Counted from the first letter of the stretch, positions 1-11,670 are shown. The stretch is 64,000 bases of DNA from an uncultured Chloroflexia bacterium (GCA_963833705.1 CAWHYQ010000001.1:635656-699655); one strand, 5' to 3'. The notes: generated by a model from the sequence alone, not told the origin. Made by a program: numbers and translations.

Positions 1-115
1 CTTTCCGGGCCTCGGCGAGCAGCTCGTGATGCGTCGCGAGGTTCACCTCGAGGGCCCCGAGGCGCGGGGCGATCTGGGCGAGGGCGATCCGGATCGTCTG
101 CACGTCTCGGAGCAT
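1..115 (-). CDS. carbon-nitrogen hydrolase (nitrilase/amidase superfamily) N-terminal fragment; gene runs off the window start
   Basis: Own minus-strand translation from ATG at 115-113 gives MLRDVQTIRIALAQIAPRLGALEVNLATHHELLAEARK. The IRIALAQ..P..G....N pattern is typical of CN-hydrolase N-termini. Only 38 codons are visible. Confidence 0.4.
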   Translation of the reverse strand, partial: MLRDVQTIRIALAQIAPRLGALEVNLATHHELLAEARK

Positions 116-168
116 ACGCGAGCCTTCCGACGGCGACCGGGACGCACCGATGCTAGGCTTGCCCGCAG

Positions 169-1941
169 GTGTCAAGTCCAAGCGGCCGCCGCTCGACGCT
201 AGCGGCACTGTGTGCGGCCACCCTCGCCATCGCCGCCTGCGGGGGACCGCCTCCCTCGGCCGCCCCACCGACGCCGGACGGCGGCCGCCCAGCGTCATCG
301 GCCGACGGGACCGGATCGTTCCAACCGATGGCCTACCCGCCCGACGGCGACGCCCCCTGCGGCCAATCCGTCGCCCCCGACGCCAGCCACGCGCCATACA
401 CGGGCGAGATCAAGCGGATCCGCGCGACCGGCCGCCTGACGGTGGTCTTCGACCTGTGTGTGCCCGACGTCGCATTCCTCGCCAAGATCGCCTCACCGTC
501 CCTCGCGATCGACGACACCGCGTGGCTCTCGGCCCATGTCGATCCGTCCGGGTCGGGCGCCGGGTCCCTCGCCACCGAGGTCGACGGCACGGGACCGTAC
601 CGCCTCGAGGCGTGGACCCAGGGGACCGACATGACCCTCGTGCGGAACGAAGCCTACTGGGGTGAGCGGTCGAGGACCGGGCGCCTCATCGTGAGCTGGC
701 GCGACAGCATGGACAAACGGCTGGACGATCTCCGCCGTGGCGCGGTCGACGGGATCGACGACCTGGATCCCGCCGGGGTGGACGCGGTCGCCTCCGACCC
801 GAACCTGCAACTCGCGACGAGGGCCGGGATGAACGTCCTGTACGTCGGCTTCAACGATACCTTCGCGCCGTTCGACAACCCGGCGGTGCGTCAGGCCATC
901 GCGATGGGCATCGATCGCACGCGCATCGTGGATGCGTTCTATCCACCGGGTTCGGAGGTGGCGTCGCATTACGCGCCGTGCGCCATCGCGCACGGCTGCG
1001 CGGGTGACCCCTGGTACGCGTACGACCCGCGCAGGGCGAAGGCGCTGCTCGCATCGGCCGGGTACCCGAACGGCTTCGCCACGACCATCCAGTACCGCGA
1101 CCTGGCGCGACCGTATCTCCCCGATCCGACCGGGGTCGCGCACGAACTCCAGGCACAGCTCCTGGCCAACCTCGGGATCCGGGCGGAACTCGACATCCGT
1201 CCGGACGACGGCTTCCTGGCCGACGCGGATGCCGGCAAGCTCGACGGGCTCCACCTGCTCGGGCAGGGAATGACCTACCCGGACGTGTCGGCATTCCTCG
1301 ACCCGCGGTTCGGCGCGGGTGCCTCGAGCGAATTCGGGCGGCCGTTCGGTGACGTCACGAGCGCGTTGGCGATCGGATCGTCGACGATCGACGAGGTCGG
1401 GCGTGAGGTCGCCTACGTCAAGGCGAACAACGCCATCCGGATACATGTGCCGATGATCCCGATCGCGCACGCCGGGTCGGCGGCGGCGTTCCGGGCGGAC
1501 GTCGACGGCGCCGTCGCGTCACCGGCCCGAACGGAGCCGCTGGCCTCCATGACGCCGGGCGACCGGACGCGCTTCGTCTGGCTGTCGAGCGCGGAGCCGG
1601 CCGGTCTCGACTGCGCCGATGAACCCGATCCGGCGCCCCAACTCGTCTGCTCGCTGCTCATGGAGCCCCTCTACGCGTCCACGCCGGGCGGCGTCTCGAC
1701 GCGGCCGTCGCTGGCCGAACGATGCACGCCGAACGCGGAGTTGACGGTCTGGTCGTGCGACCTCCGACCGGCCCTGACGTTCCACGGCGGGGCGGGGCTG
1801 GATGCGAGCGACGTCGTCCTCAGCTACGCCCGCCAGTGGGACGCCGAGCATCCCATGCATCGCGGTCGCCAGGGCGGTTTCACGGCGTTCCTCGACCGAT
1901 TCGGCGGGTTCCTGCACCCGCTGCCTGCGCCGGGCGGCTGA
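169..1941 (+). CDS. ABC transporter substrate-binding lipoprotein, family 5 (peptide/nickel, OppA/DppA-like)
   Basis: 590-aa ORF with a GTG start and lipoprotein signal LAALCAATLAIAACGG. It shows family-5 SBP-like segments (GPYRLEAWTQG, NEAYWGE, LYVGFN, AIAMGIDR). It is the first gene of a co-directional ABC importer operon. Confidence 0.85.
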   Translation: MSSPSGRRSTLAALCAATLAIAACGGPPPSAAPPTPDGGRPASSADGTGSFQPMAYPPDGDAPCGQSVAPDASHAPYTGEIKRIRATGRLTVVFDLCVPDVAFLAKIASPSLAIDDTAWLSAHVDPSGSGAGSLATEVDGTGPYRLEAWTQGTDMTLVRNEAYWGERSRTGRLIVSWRDSMDKRLDDLRRGAVDGIDDLDPAGVDAVASDPNLQLATRAGMNVLYVGFNDTFAPFDNPAVRQAIAMGIDRTRIVDAFYPPGSEVASHYAPCAIAHGCAGDPWYAYDPRRAKALLASAGYPNGFATTIQYRDLARPYLPDPTGVAHELQAQLLANLGIRAELDIRPDDGFLADADAGKLDGLHLLGQGMTYPDVSAFLDPRFGAGASSEFGRPFGDVTSALAIGSSTIDEVGREVAYVKANNAIRIHVPMIPIAHAGSAAAFRADVDGAVASPARTEPLASMTPGDRTRFVWLSSAEPAGLDCADEPDPAPQLVCSLLMEPLYASTPGGVSTRPSLAERCTPNAELTVWSCDLRPALTFHGGAGLDASDVVLSYARQWDAEHPMHRGRQGGFTAFLDRFGGFLHPLPAPGG

Positions 1942-2163
1942 CCCGTCGGCAGCGCCGGATGGAGCACGCCACAACGCCACGCCGATGTCGCTCCGGACCT
2001 CGTGATTTCGTCGTCATTGCAGGGGTGACGACAGAGGACTCTGGTGCTAGTCTTCCGCCACCTGCGCGGGCCTTCCGGGTCATGCGTGGTGGCGCCCGCC
2101 CCGATGCGCCGGACAGGGAGGCTCGACGGTCCATTCACGGGGTACAGAGGAGGAGCTAGAAGC

Positions 2164-3924
2164 ATGTCCCGATCCCCCAGGTGGTCGACGAAATACGCGG
2201 CCCTCGCCGCGGTGACGACGATCCTCCTGGCCGCTTGCGGTGGTTCGACCGCTTCAAGCGCGCCAGCGAGCCAGGCCGCCCCTAGCGTCGCCGCCCCGAG
2301 CGTCGCCGCCCCGAGCGTCGCCGCGTCCGCGTCGGCCGCCGCTTCGGCCTACGACGGTCTCGTCTACCCGAAGAACGCAGTCGATTGTGCGAACCGACCG
2401 CCCACGTACACGGGCGAATTCAGCCAGATCAAGGCGATCGACAAGCTGACCGTCGAGTTCACCTTGTGCGCCCCGGATGTCGCCTTCCTGAGCAAGTTGG
2501 CGTTCGCCACCAACGGCGTCCAGGACTCGGATTGGCTGGCCAAGCATGCCCCCGACAAGTCGTACGTCCGGACGGCCAATGGCACCGGCCCGTACATGTT
2601 CAAGGAATGGGTGTCGGGTGACCACGTCACGCTCGTCGCGAACCCCAACTACTGGGGCCCCGACAAGCCGATCTCGCCGACCCTGATCTTCAAGTGGGCC
2701 GACACGGCCGAGAAGCGCCTGCAGGACCTGCAGGCCGGCCCGACGACCGCAGATGGCATGGACAACGTCGCACCCGATGATTTCAAGACCGTCGAAAGCG
2801 ACCCGAACCTCCAGCTCATCAAGCGTGACCCGTTCACCATCCTCTATCTCGGCTTCAACGTGGACGATCCGCCCTGGAACAACGAGAAGATCCGCCAGGC
2901 CATCGCCATGGGCATCGACAAGAAGCGGATCCTCGACCTGTTCAACGCACCGGGTTCGAGCGTGGCCGACTACTTCACCCCGTGCAGCGTGCCCGGCGGC
3001 TGCGAGGGCGACCCCTGGTACGCGTTCGACAAGGCCGCGGCGATCCAGGCCCTGAAGGACAACGGCTTCGATTTCTCGAAGACGTACGATCTCTACTTCC
3101 GGCCCAAGGTCCGCGGCTACTTCCCGAACCCGCCAGGCACCGCCACGGAGATCCAGGCGCAGTTCAAGGACCTTGGGATCAACCTCAAGATCCACACCGA
3201 GGACAACAACACCTATCTCCCCAATTCGAGCAAGGGCCAGTACTCGCTGTTCCTCCTTGGTTGGGGCGGCGACTATCCCGACATGACGGACTTCGTCGAC
3301 TACCACTTCGGGACGGGCGCGTCAAAGGCGTTCGGTACCAAGTTCGCCGACCTGACGGCGCTGTTGACGGCCGGCGCCAAGGAGCTCGACGCGACCAAGC
3401 GCCTCGACATCTACAAGCAGGCCAACAACCTCATCAAGCAACACGTCCCGATGATCCCGCTCAATCACGCCGCCTCCGCGACGGCGTATCAGGCGGACGT
3501 CACCGGTGCCCAGGCATCGCCTCTCGGCAATGACGCCTTCTGGGTCGTCAAGCCGGGCGATCGCCAGCAGATCGTGTTCGAGCAGAACGCCGAGACCTCC
3601 GGTCTCTACTGCGGCGACGAGAGTGACGGCGATTCGCTTCGCAACTGCGAGCAGATCTACGACACGCTCTACACCTACAAGATCGGGGGGACGGAGGTCA
3701 TCCCGAACCTTGCCACGAGCTGCGATCCGAACGCGGACGGGACCGTCTGGACCTGCCATCTGCATGATGGCGTCAAGTTCCACGACGGAGCCGACCTCGA
3801 CGCCAACGACGTCGTGAACACGATGGCGGTCCAGTGGGATCTGAATAACCCGCTGCACATCGGCAACGGCGGCACGTTCGATTATTGGCCCGGTCTCTGG
3901 GGTGGCTATCTCCCCAAGCCGTAG
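2164..3924 (+). CDS. second ABC substrate-binding lipoprotein, family 5 (paralog of 169-1941)
   Basis: Internal ATG at 2164 is preceded by GAGGAGG, and the lipobox is AVTTILLAACGG. The same conserved blocks as the upstream SBP are present (GPYMFKEW, NPNYWG, LYLGFN, AIAMGIDK). The N-terminal linker has 3 x 15-nt coding repeats (APSVA). Confidence 0.85.
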   Translation: MSRSPRWSTKYAALAAVTTILLAACGGSTASSAPASQAAPSVAAPSVAAPSVAASASAAASAYDGLVYPKNAVDCANRPPTYTGEFSQIKAIDKLTVEFTLCAPDVAFLSKLAFATNGVQDSDWLAKHAPDKSYVRTANGTGPYMFKEWVSGDHVTLVANPNYWGPDKPISPTLIFKWADTAEKRLQDLQAGPTTADGMDNVAPDDFKTVESDPNLQLIKRDPFTILYLGFNVDDPPWNNEKIRQAIAMGIDKKRILDLFNAPGSSVADYFTPCSVPGGCEGDPWYAFDKAAAIQALKDNGFDFSKTYDLYFRPKVRGYFPNPPGTATEIQAQFKDLGINLKIHTEDNNTYLPNSSKGQYSLFLLGWGGDYPDMTDFVDYHFGTGASKAFGTKFADLTALLTAGAKELDATKRLDIYKQANNLIKQHVPMIPLNHAASATAYQADVTGAQASPLGNDAFWVVKPGDRQQIVFEQNAETSGLYCGDESDGDSLRNCEQIYDTLYTYKIGGTEVIPNLATSCDPNADGTVWTCHLHDGVKFHDGADLDANDVVNTMAVQWDLNNPLHIGNGGTFDYWPGLWGGYLPKP

Positions 3925-3950
3925 ACCCGGCCAGCACCGGTACTCAGCGA

Positions 3951-3978
3951 AAGGGGCGCCGCATCCGCGGCGCCCCTT
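3951..3978 (+). terminator. perfect 12-bp GC-rich hairpin (AAGGGGCGCCGC-ATCC-GCGGCGCCCCTT) between the SBP and permease genes; partial terminator or mRNA stabiliser
   Basis: Read directly. It lies 27 nt after the SBP stop codon, has no long T-tract, and sits inside an operon. Confidence 0.5.
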
Positions 3979-4004
3979 CACCACCCAGATCGAGAAGGAC
4001 TCGG

Positions 4005-5081
4005 ATGGGCCGCTACATCGTCCGTCGTCTGCTGCTCACGATCCCGGTGCTGTTCGGGATCGTGACCCTGGTGTTCATCATGGGCCACGTGCTGCCGGGC
4101 AGCCAGTGCGCCGCGATCCTTGGCGAACGGTCGACGCCCGAGGCATGTGCCGCCTACGACCATGCGCACGGCTTCGACCGGCCGCTCGCGGTCCAGTACG
4201 TCGATTACCTCGGCGACCTCGCAACCGGGAACCTCGGCACGTCGATCAAGGCTTCGCTGCCGGTCACGACCCTGCTCATGCAACGATTGCCGATGACCAT
4301 CGAGCTTGCGTTCTACGCGTTGCTGCTGGCCATCCCGCTCGGTGTCCTGTTGGGCGTCATCTCGGCCTCCAGGCGCAACTCGTCGATCGATGTCTTCACC
4401 ATGGCGGGGGCCAACGTCGGCGTATCCATCCCGATCTTCGTCCTGGGCCTGTTGCTTGCCTTCGTGTTCGCGATCCTGCTCAAGGGGACGCCCTTCGCCC
4501 TGCCACCCTCGGGCCGCCTGACACCGGGCATCAGCGTCGTCCCGCTGGCGACCGTGTGGGGCCTGCAGAACATGCAGGGGCCGCCACGCGCGACCATCGA
4601 CTTCATCTCGAACATCTACAGCCTCAACGCCCTGCTGACGCTGCGGTTCGACATCTTCGCCGACGCGTTCCGGCACATGATCCTGCCGGCCATCGCGCTG
4701 GCCACCATCCCGCTGGCGATCATCGCCCGGATCACCCGTTCGAGCCTGCTCGACGTGATGGGCCTCGACTACATCCGGACGGCCCGGGCCAAGGGCCTGA
4801 CCGACAAGGCGGTCGTCCGCGGGCATGGCCTCCCGAACTCGATGCTGCCCGTCGTGACGATCGTCGGCATCCAGCTCGGCGGGTTGCTCGGCGGGGCGGT
4901 CCTGACAGAGACGATCTTCAACCTGTCGGGCGTCGGCAGGGCGGTCTCGGAGGGCATCCAGGCCCGCGACTACGCGGTCGTCCAGGGGTTCGTCCTGGTG
5001 ATCGCGATCGGGTATCTCTTCGCCAACCTCATCGTCGACATCTCGTACGCCTTCCTCGACCCCCGGGTCCGGCTGCAGTGA
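4005..5081 (+). CDS. ABC peptide transporter permease (OppB/DppB-like)
   Basis: Start MGRYIVRRLLLTIPVLFG is the typical OppB/DppB N-terminus. Multiple TM segments and an EAA-like loop (DYIRTARAKGL) are present. Confidence 0.9.
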   Translation: MGRYIVRRLLLTIPVLFGIVTLVFIMGHVLPGSQCAAILGERSTPEACAAYDHAHGFDRPLAVQYVDYLGDLATGNLGTSIKASLPVTTLLMQRLPMTIELAFYALLLAIPLGVLLGVISASRRNSSIDVFTMAGANVGVSIPIFVLGLLLAFVFAILLKGTPFALPPSGRLTPGISVVPLATVWGLQNMQGPPRATIDFISNIYSLNALLTLRFDIFADAFRHMILPAIALATIPLAIIARITRSSLLDVMGLDYIRTARAKGLTDKAVVRGHGLPNSMLPVVTIVGIQLGGLLGGAVLTETIFNLSGVGRAVSEGIQARDYAVVQGFVLVIAIGYLFANLIVDISYAFLDPRVRLQ

Positions 5082-5091
5082 GGTCGACAAC

Positions 5092-6048
5092 ATGAGCACG
5101 CCCGTCTTCTCCGGGAACCTCCACCGCGGCCTCGACGACGTCTTCGAGCGTCCGGCGCGGACGACCGGGATCTGGCGCGATACCGGCCGGAACATCGTCC
5201 GCCAGCGCAACGCGATCGTCGGGATGGTCATCCTGCTGTTCCTGTTCACGGCCGCGGTGTTTGCCGACCAGATCTCGCGCTACCCGCCCGATGACGTGCT
5301 CATCGGCGTCGTCGAAGGGGCCAGGAAGTCGTCGCCTCCCTGCATCCACCTCCTGGGCTGTCCGGCGGACCAGCCGGAGTTCCTGATGGGGACCGACCCG
5401 AATGTCCGCGACGTCTTCAGCCGGGTCGTGCACGGGGCCCGGGTCTCGCTGTTCATCGGCTTCGTGACGGTCGGGTTCGCGATCTTGATCGGGACGTTGA
5501 TCGGTCTCGTGGCCGGCTTCGCCGGTGGCTGGACCGACAACATCCTGATGCGCATCATGGACGTCCTGCTGGTGTTTCCCGCCCTGCTCCTCGCGATCGG
5601 CATCGTCACGGCGATCGGATCCGGCCTGCTCACGGCCCAGCTCGCGATCGGCATCGTCGCCATCCCGATCTACGCCCGGATCATGCGCGCCTCGGTCCTC
5701 TCGACGAAGGAAGGCGACTTCATCACCGCCTCGCGCGCGCTCGGCGAGGGCCCGAGAGGCATCCTGTTCCGGCGGATCCTCCCCAACTCGATCACCCCGC
5801 TGATCGTCGCGGGCACGCTCGGGATCGCCGGTGCCGTCCTCGATGTCGCCGCCCTGTCGTTCCTCGGCCTCGGTGCCCAGCCGCCGTTGGCCGAGTGGGG
5901 CTCGATGATCGGCCAGGACTACGGGAAGCTGTTCACCGCTCCGCATCTCATCCTGTTCCCAGGCATCGCCCTGACGCTGACCGTCTTCGCCTTCAATCTG
6001 CTGGGCGACGGCCTGCGCGACGCCCTCGATCCACGCCTCAACCGGTGA
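5092..6048 (+). CDS. ABC peptide transporter permease (OppC/DppC-like)
   Basis: 318-aa ORF with an OppC-type N-terminal region, TM segments and an EAA loop (FITASRALGEG). Confidence 0.9.
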   Translation: MSTPVFSGNLHRGLDDVFERPARTTGIWRDTGRNIVRQRNAIVGMVILLFLFTAAVFADQISRYPPDDVLIGVVEGARKSSPPCIHLLGCPADQPEFLMGTDPNVRDVFSRVVHGARVSLFIGFVTVGFAILIGTLIGLVAGFAGGWTDNILMRIMDVLLVFPALLLAIGIVTAIGSGLLTAQLAIGIVAIPIYARIMRASVLSTKEGDFITASRALGEGPRGILFRRILPNSITPLIVAGTLGIAGAVLDVAALSFLGLGAQPPLAEWGSMIGQDYGKLFTAPHLILFPGIALTLTVFAFNLLGDGLRDALDPRLNR

Positions 6049-7169
6049 CCGAGGCCCACGTCCCGGAGCGACTCGGTGCGTCGGTCGAGGAGACGACTGT
6101 CGAGGAACTCGTCCCGGCATCCGCGCGCCGCATGCATCGGCGGCCAGACGGCCGCCCGCTCCTCGAGATCAAGGGCCTGCGCACGTCGTTCCGGACCCGC
6201 GAAGGCGTCGTCCGGGCGGTGGACGGCATCGACTTCTCGGTCGATCGCGGCGAGATCATGGGACTCGTCGGAGAGTCCGGCTGCGGCAAGAGCGTGACCA
6301 GCCTGTCGATCCTGCGGCTCGTCGCCTCGCCGGGATCGATCGACGGTGGCGAGATCCTGTTCGACGGTCGCGACCTGATGACCCTGAGCGGGGACGAGAT
6401 GCGCCAGATCCGCGGCGACCGGATCAGCATGATCTTCCAGCAGCCAACCTCGTCGCTCAACCCGGTCCGCGACGTGGGGATGCAGATCGGGGAGGTCCTC
6501 GAGCTCCATCGCAAGATGAAGGGCGACGCCGCCCGCGGGCGGGCCCTCGAGCTCCTGCGGCTCGTCGGCATCCCCGACCCCGAGCGGCGCCTGAAGGCGT
6601 TCCCCCATGAGCTGTCCGGCGGCATGGCCCAGCGCGTGATGATCGCCATGGCCCTCGCCTGCGAGCCCGACCTGCTCATCGCCGACGAACCGACGACCGC
6701 GCTCGACGTGACGATCCAGGCCCAGATCCTCGACCTGATGCGGAACCTCCGCGACGAGACCGGGACCGCGATCATCCTCATCACCCACGACCTCGGGGTC
6801 GTCGCCGAGATGTGCGATCGGGTGGCGGTCATGTACGCCGGCGAGATCGTCGAGCAGGCCGACGTCGGGACGTTGTTCCGACAGCCGCTCCATCCGTACA
6901 CACGGGGCCTGATCGGCAGCATCCCGATCGTCGGCTCGGTCAAGGACGAACTCTCGGTCATCCCGGGCAACGTGCCGAACCTGATCAACCTGCCGTCGGG
7001 CTGCCGCTTCGCGCCACGCTGCACGACGCGGATCGACGAGGCGGTCGCGCTGGCCGAGGAGTCCCATCCCCAGTTGCTGCCCGCCGCACCCGCCCACGAC
7101 GTCCGCTGCTGGCTGTACCACGACGCGAACGGCGCGCCGCTGCCGCGGCCCGAGACCGCCCGGGCATGA
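6045..7169 (+). CDS. ABC peptide transporter ATP-binding protein (OppD/DppD-like)
   Basis: GTG at 6045 overlaps the permease stop (GTGA). Walker A GESGCGKS, signature LSGGMAQR, Walker [13 protein letters not shown], and a C-terminal oligopeptide-transporter Cys motif GCRFAPRC are present. Confidence 0.9.
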   Translation: MTEAHVPERLGASVEETTVEELVPASARRMHRRPDGRPLLEIKGLRTSFRTREGVVRAVDGIDFSVDRGEIMGLVGESGCGKSVTSLSILRLVASPGSIDGGEILFDGRDLMTLSGDEMRQIRGDRISMIFQQPTSSLNPVRDVGMQIGEVLELHRKMKGDAARGRALELLRLVGIPDPERRLKAFPHELSGGMAQRVMIAMALACEPDLLIADEPTTALDVTIQAQILDLMRNLRDETGTAIILITHDLGVVAEMCDRVAVMYAGEIVEQADVGTLFRQPLHPYTRGLIGSIPIVGSVKDELSVIPGNVPNLINLPSGCRFAPRCTTRIDEAVALAEESHPQLLPAAPAHDVRCWLYHDANGAPLPRPETARA

Positions 7170-8293
7170 CCGGATCGCCCGTGCCGACCGAGACGGCGTC
7201 CCCGGGGGCGATGCCGGCCGCGGCTGCGCCGGGAGCGACCAGCGCTGCCGCGCCCGAGGCGGCGCCGCTGGTCGAGGTCCGCGACCTCGTCAAGCATTTC
7301 CCGATCCGCGGGGGCGTCCTCCAGCGCACGATCGGCCTCGTCCAGGCCGTCGATGGCGTGACCTTCGAGATCCGGCGCGGCGAGACGCTCGGCCTCGTCG
7401 GCGAGTCGGGCTGCGGCAAGACGACCGTCGGTCGCCTCCTGCTTCGTCTCATCGACCCGACCGCGGGCTCCATCCGGTTCGACGGCATCGAATTGACGGA
7501 GCTCAAGGGATCGGCCCTCAAGCCCTACCGGCGGCGGATGCAGATCATCTTCCAGGACCCGTATTCGAGCCTCGATCCGCGGGCGCCGATCGCCGACAGC
7601 ATCGGCGAGGGGCTGCGGATCCACGGCCTCGGGACGCCGGCGGAGCGGCGCGAGAAGGTCAGCCGGATGATGGATCTCGTCGGGCTCCAGCCCTACCACG
7701 CCCGGCGCTACCCGCACGAGTTCTCGGGTGGCCAGCGCCAGCGGATCGGGATCGCCCGGGCCCTCGTCCTCGAACCGGACCTCGTCGTGTGCGACGAACC
7801 GGTCTCAGCGCTCGACGTGTCGATCCAGGCCCAGGTCCTGAACCTGCTCAAGCAGCTCCAGCGGGAGCTCGGCCTGACCTACCTGTTCGTGGCCCACAAC
7901 ATGGGTGTCGTCGAACACATCAGCGACCGGGTGGCGGTCATGTACCTGGGTCGGATCGCCGAGATGGCCGAACGCGACGACCTGTTCCGCAAGCAGGAGC
8001 ACCCCTACACCGAGGCGCTCATGTCGGCCATCCCGATCCCCGACCCGGAATCGCGTCGCAAGCGGATCATCCTCAAGGGCGACGTGCCGAGCCCCGTCAA
8101 CCCGCCGACCGGCTGCCGGTTCCACCCGCGTTGTCCGCTGCGCGACCAGATGGGGTCCCCGGCGATCTGCGCCGCGGCCATCCCGCCGCTCATCGAGCTA
8201 GGGGGGGACCACCTGTGCGCGTGCCATTTCCGTGGACCCGCCGGGGCGACGCTTCCCTCGTCGGCGCCCGCGACGGCCGCGTCGCCGACCTGA
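7166..8293 (+). CDS. ABC peptide transporter ATP-binding protein (OppF/DppF-like)
   Basis: ATG at 7166 overlaps the upstream stop (ATGA). Motifs: [37 protein letters not shown]. Confidence 0.9.
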   Translation: MTGSPVPTETASPGAMPAAAAPGATSAAAPEAAPLVEVRDLVKHFPIRGGVLQRTIGLVQAVDGVTFEIRRGETLGLVGESGCGKTTVGRLLLRLIDPTAGSIRFDGIELTELKGSALKPYRRRMQIIFQDPYSSLDPRAPIADSIGEGLRIHGLGTPAERREKVSRMMDLVGLQPYHARRYPHEFSGGQRQRIGIARALVLEPDLVVCDEPVSALDVSIQAQVLNLLKQLQRELGLTYLFVAHNMGVVEHISDRVAVMYLGRIAEMAERDDLFRKQEHPYTEALMSAIPIPDPESRRKRIILKGDVPSPVNPPTGCRFHPRCPLRDQMGSPAICAAAIPPLIELGGDHLCACHFRGPAGATLPSSAPATAASPT

Positions 8294-8315
8294 GCGTCTT
8301 CCGACCGGCGGACGG

Positions 8316-9620
8316 CTAGACGGGGCCGAGCCGATCGGTCGGCGTGTCGATCGACGCCGGGTCCTCCACCGAGAAGCTGTCGTTGACGCTGATCTCAGCC
8401 TCGCCCGCGCTTTCTCCGATGACCTCCGGGGCGAACGCCGGCGCCGACAGCTTGACCTCGCCGGTCGCGCCCGCGCCGTTCTCCGATGCCAGCGACGCCA
8501 GGGCCGACGCGGGCGTCCCGCGACGAACGAGGGTGTCGTCGATGTGGGCGATCCCGACGTCCGTCTTGAGCGCCTCGTCCGCGTGGTGGCAGGCCGCGAG
8601 GTGGTCCTCGCCGAGGACGGTCAGGGGCGGTTCGATCGTCCGGCAGTCCTCGGGCTTGCCGAGTCGCTCGTACAACCAGCAGCGCGTGTGGAAGCGGCAC
8701 CCCGGTGGCGGATTGACCGGACTCGGCACGTCGCCCTGGAGGATGACCCGACGTCGCTTGCGCTCGGCCGCGGGATCCGGGACGGGCACGGCCGACAGCA
8801 GGGCCCGCGTATACGGGTGCCCGGGGGCGGCGTACAGCGTGTCGGGCGGGCCGATCTCCACGATCTTGCCGAGATACATGACGGCGACCCGGTCGCTGAT
8901 GTGCTTCACGACCGACAGGTCGTGGGCGACGAAGAGGTAGGTCAGGCCCAGCCGCTTGCGCAGGTCGGTCAGGAGGTTCAGGACCTGGGCCTGGATCGAC
9001 ACATCGAGTGCCGAGATCGGTTCGTCACAGACGATGAACTCCGGCTCGACCGCGAGGGCCCGGGCGACGCCGATGCGCTGGCGCTGGCCACCCGAGAACT
9101 CGTGCGGGTAGCGGCGGACGTACTCGGGGTCGAGGCCGACGAGGCGGAGCAGGTCGGCCACCCGCTCCTTCTTCGCGTCGCCCTCGGCCAGGTTGTGCGT
9201 CTCGATCGGCTCGCTGATGATCGCGCCGACCGTCATCCGCGGGTCCAACGACCCGTATGGATCCTGGAAGATGATCTGCATCCGGCGGCGCATCTTGCGC
9301 AGCTCCGTCGGCTTGAGCGCGACGAGGTCGATCCCGTCGAAGCGGACGGTCCCGCTGGTCGGCTCGCGCAGCCGGATCATGGCCCGCCCGATCGTGCTCT
9401 TGCCGCAGCCGGATTCACCGACGAGGCCGAGGATCTCGCCCCGGCGGACCTCGAACGTCAGGCCGTCGACCGCCTTCACGGTGCCCTTCTCCCGCCGGAA
9501 GAACCCCGATCGGATGGGGAAATGGACCCGGAGGTCATCGACTTCGACGATGTTGCCCTTGTCGTGCGGCCGGAGCGGGGCTGGGGCGGGCGGCTGCGCG
9601 GTGGCGGTCAACTGATCCAC
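8316..9620 (-). CDS. ABC peptide transporter ATP-binding protein (OppF-like) with a C-terminal extension of about 100 aa
   Basis: 434-aa ORF with a GTG start. Motifs: [37 protein letters not shown]. The acidic/Ser-Ala-rich tail has a normal coding composition. Confidence 0.85.
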   Translation of the reverse strand: MDQLTATAQPPAPAPLRPHDKGNIVEVDDLRVHFPIRSGFFRREKGTVKAVDGLTFEVRRGEILGLVGESGCGKSTIGRAMIRLREPTSGTVRFDGIDLVALKPTELRKMRRRMQIIFQDPYGSLDPRMTVGAIISEPIETHNLAEGDAKKERVADLLRLVGLDPEYVRRYPHEFSGGQRQRIGVARALAVEPEFIVCDEPISALDVSIQAQVLNLLTDLRKRLGLTYLFVAHDLSVVKHISDRVAVMYLGKIVEIGPPDTLYAAPGHPYTRALLSAVPVPDPAAERKRRRVILQGDVPSPVNPPPGCRFHTRCWLYERLGKPEDCRTIEPPLTVLGEDHLAACHHADEALKTDVGIAHIDDTLVRRGTPASALASLASENGAGATGEVKLSAPAFAPEVIGESAGEAEISVNDSFSVEDPASIDTPTDRLGPV

Positions 9621-10717
9621 CCACCCGGTTCGGTCGCAAAGCAGCGGGCCATGTGCCCGTTCGCGTCACGCGCCGTCAACTCGGGTTCGGCCGACCGACA
9701 CTGGTCGCGGACGTAGTTGCAGCGCGGCCCGAAGCGGCACGCTTTCGGTGGGTTGATGAGCAGCGGCGGCAGGCCCTCGATCGTGCGCAGGTTCGCGCCA
9801 CGCACGTCGTCGATGCGCGGCAGCGAGTCGAGCAGGCCCCAGGCGTAGGGCATCCGCGGGTTCTCGAAGATCTCGTCGACCGAGGCGGTCTCGACGATCC
9901 GCCCGGCGTACATGACGTTGACCCGGTCGCACATGCCGGCCGCGATGCCGAGGTCGTGGGTGATGAGCAGCACGGCCGTCTTGAATTCGCTCGACAGCTG
10001 CTGGATGAGCTCCAGGATCTGGGCCTGGATCGTCACGTCGAGTGCGGTCGTCGGTTCGTCGGCCAGGATCAGTTTCGGGTCGCACGACAGGGCGATGGCG
10101 ATCATGACGCGCTGGCGCATCCCGCCCGAGAACTGGTGCGGGTAGTCGTTGAGCCGGTCCTTGGGACGCGGGATGCCGACCTTCGCCAGGAGTTCCACGA
10201 TCCGGTCGCGGGCCGCCTGCTTGGGCAGCCCGAGGTGCTCGCGGATCGCCTCCCCGATCTGGTAGCCGATGGTCAAGGTCGGGTTGAGGCTCGTCAACGG
10301 GTCCTGGAAGATGAACCCGATCTCCTTGCCGCGCAGCTTGCGCATCGCGTCTTCGTCGAGCTTCAGGACGTCGTGGCCCTCGAACATGATCTGGCCCGAG
10401 ACGATCTTGCCGGGTGGGTCAGGGACGAGCCGGGCGATGGACAGGGCCGACACGCTCTTGCCGCAGCCGGATTCACCGACCAGGCCGAGTGTCTCGCCGT
10501 ACCCGACCTCGAAGCTCACGTTGTCGACCGCCTGGACGACGCCATCCGCCGTGAAGAAGTGGGTCGAGAGGTCCCGCACCTGCAGGAGCACGTCGGCCTT
10601 CTGCTCCAGGCCGTGGTCGCGGCCCTCGCTCTCCCGCGCCCGACGCGCCTCGTCCGGGCTCAACTCCACGATGGTCGGTGCGTCGACGGGGGACGGGTCG
10701 CCCTCGGTTCGGAGCAC
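9608..10717 (-). CDS. ABC peptide transporter ATP-binding protein (OppD-like)
   Basis: 369-aa ORF. Motifs: [36 protein letters not shown]. Confidence 0.9.
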   Translation of the reverse strand: MLRTEGDPSPVDAPTIVELSPDEARRARESEGRDHGLEQKADVLLQVRDLSTHFFTADGVVQAVDNVSFEVGYGETLGLVGESGCGKSVSALSIARLVPDPPGKIVSGQIMFEGHDVLKLDEDAMRKLRGKEIGFIFQDPLTSLNPTLTIGYQIGEAIREHLGLPKQAARDRIVELLAKVGIPRPKDRLNDYPHQFSGGMRQRVMIAIALSCDPKLILADEPTTALDVTIQAQILELIQQLSSEFKTAVLLITHDLGIAAGMCDRVNVMYAGRIVETASVDEIFENPRMPYAWGLLDSLPRIDDVRGANLRTIEGLPPLLINPPKACRFGPRCNYVRDQCRSAEPELTARDANGHMARCFATEPGGWIS

Positions 10718-11659
10718 CTATTGCTTTCCCTTGAGCTTCGGGTCGAGGGCGTCGCGCAGGCCGTCCCCGAGGAACGTGAAGCCGATGAGCGCGAGGGCGA
10801 TGAAGATCGCCGGGAAGAGCACGAGATGCGGCTCGGAGCGGATGTACTTCTGGCCGTCCGCGATCAGGCTGCCCCACGATGCACGCGGCGGCTGTACGCC
10901 GACCCCGATGTAGGCCAGGGTCGCCTCGGCGAGGATCGCCACGGGGATGCCCAGGGTGATCGCGACGATGATCGGGCCCATCCCGTTGGGCAGCAGGTGC
11001 CGGGTCACGATCTTGCGGTCGGAGACCCCGATGGCCCGGGCGGCCTCGACGAACTCGGTCTCCTTCAGCGACAACAGCTGACCGCGACCCAATCTCGCGA
11101 CCGTCACCCAGCCCACCAGTCCGATGGCCACGAAGACCAGGAACAGCCCATCGAGCGCCTGGCCGAACGGGGTCTCGCGGAAGGCCACCGACAGCAGGAT
11201 GATGAACAGGAGGTCGGGAAAGGCGTAGATGACGTCGGTCAGGCGCATCAGGCCGTTGTCGACCATGCCGCCGTACCAGCCGGCCAGGGCGCCGATCGGG
11301 ACGCCGATGCAGATGACGACGATCTGGACGACGAACGCGACCGTGACGCTGATGCGCGCGCCATCAAGCAGCCGGCTCAGCAGGTCGCGACCGAGCTGGT
11401 CGGTGCCCAGGATGTGGTTCGGCGACAGCGGCGGAAGAGGCCGGTTGCCGTTGGCGAAGACCGCCTGCAGGTCCTGGACGTTGTACGGCCACGGCGCGAT
11501 GAGGGGGCCGAAGATGCCGCAGAACAGGAGCAGCATGACGAGCACGAGACCCAGCACGGCCAGCTTGTTCCGGAACAGGCGTCCGGCCGCGTCTCGCCAC
11601 GGACCCGAACTGGCCCGGGGTGCCGCACGACGGGCAACGACGGTGCTATCTGTCGCCAT
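10718..11659 (-). CDS. ABC peptide transporter permease (OppC-like)
   Basis: 313-aa ORF with TM segments and an EAA loop (FVEAARAIGVS). It directly abuts the downstream ATPase gene. Confidence 0.9.
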   Translation of the reverse strand: MATDSTVVARRAAPRASSGPWRDAAGRLFRNKLAVLGLVLVMLLLFCGIFGPLIAPWPYNVQDLQAVFANGNRPLPPLSPNHILGTDQLGRDLLSRLLDGARISVTVAFVVQIVVICIGVPIGALAGWYGGMVDNGLMRLTDVIYAFPDLLFIILLSVAFRETPFGQALDGLFLVFVAIGLVGWVTVARLGRGQLLSLKETEFVEAARAIGVSDRKIVTRHLLPNGMGPIIVAITLGIPVAILAEATLAYIGVGVQPPRASWGSLIADGQKYIRSEPHLVLFPAIFIALALIGFTFLGDGLRDALDPKLKGKQ

Positions 11660-11670
11660 CGAACGCGCTC

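Noticed and set aside
2278-2322. Short tandem DNA repeats that might suggest a repeat array: 3 x 15 nt here, and about 12-nt periodic repeats at 37310-37400.
   Set aside because: Both are in-frame low-complexity linkers inside coding genes (APSVA in the SBP signal-proximal linker, PTAK in the FtsQ tail). There are no spacers and no CRISPR-like architecture.
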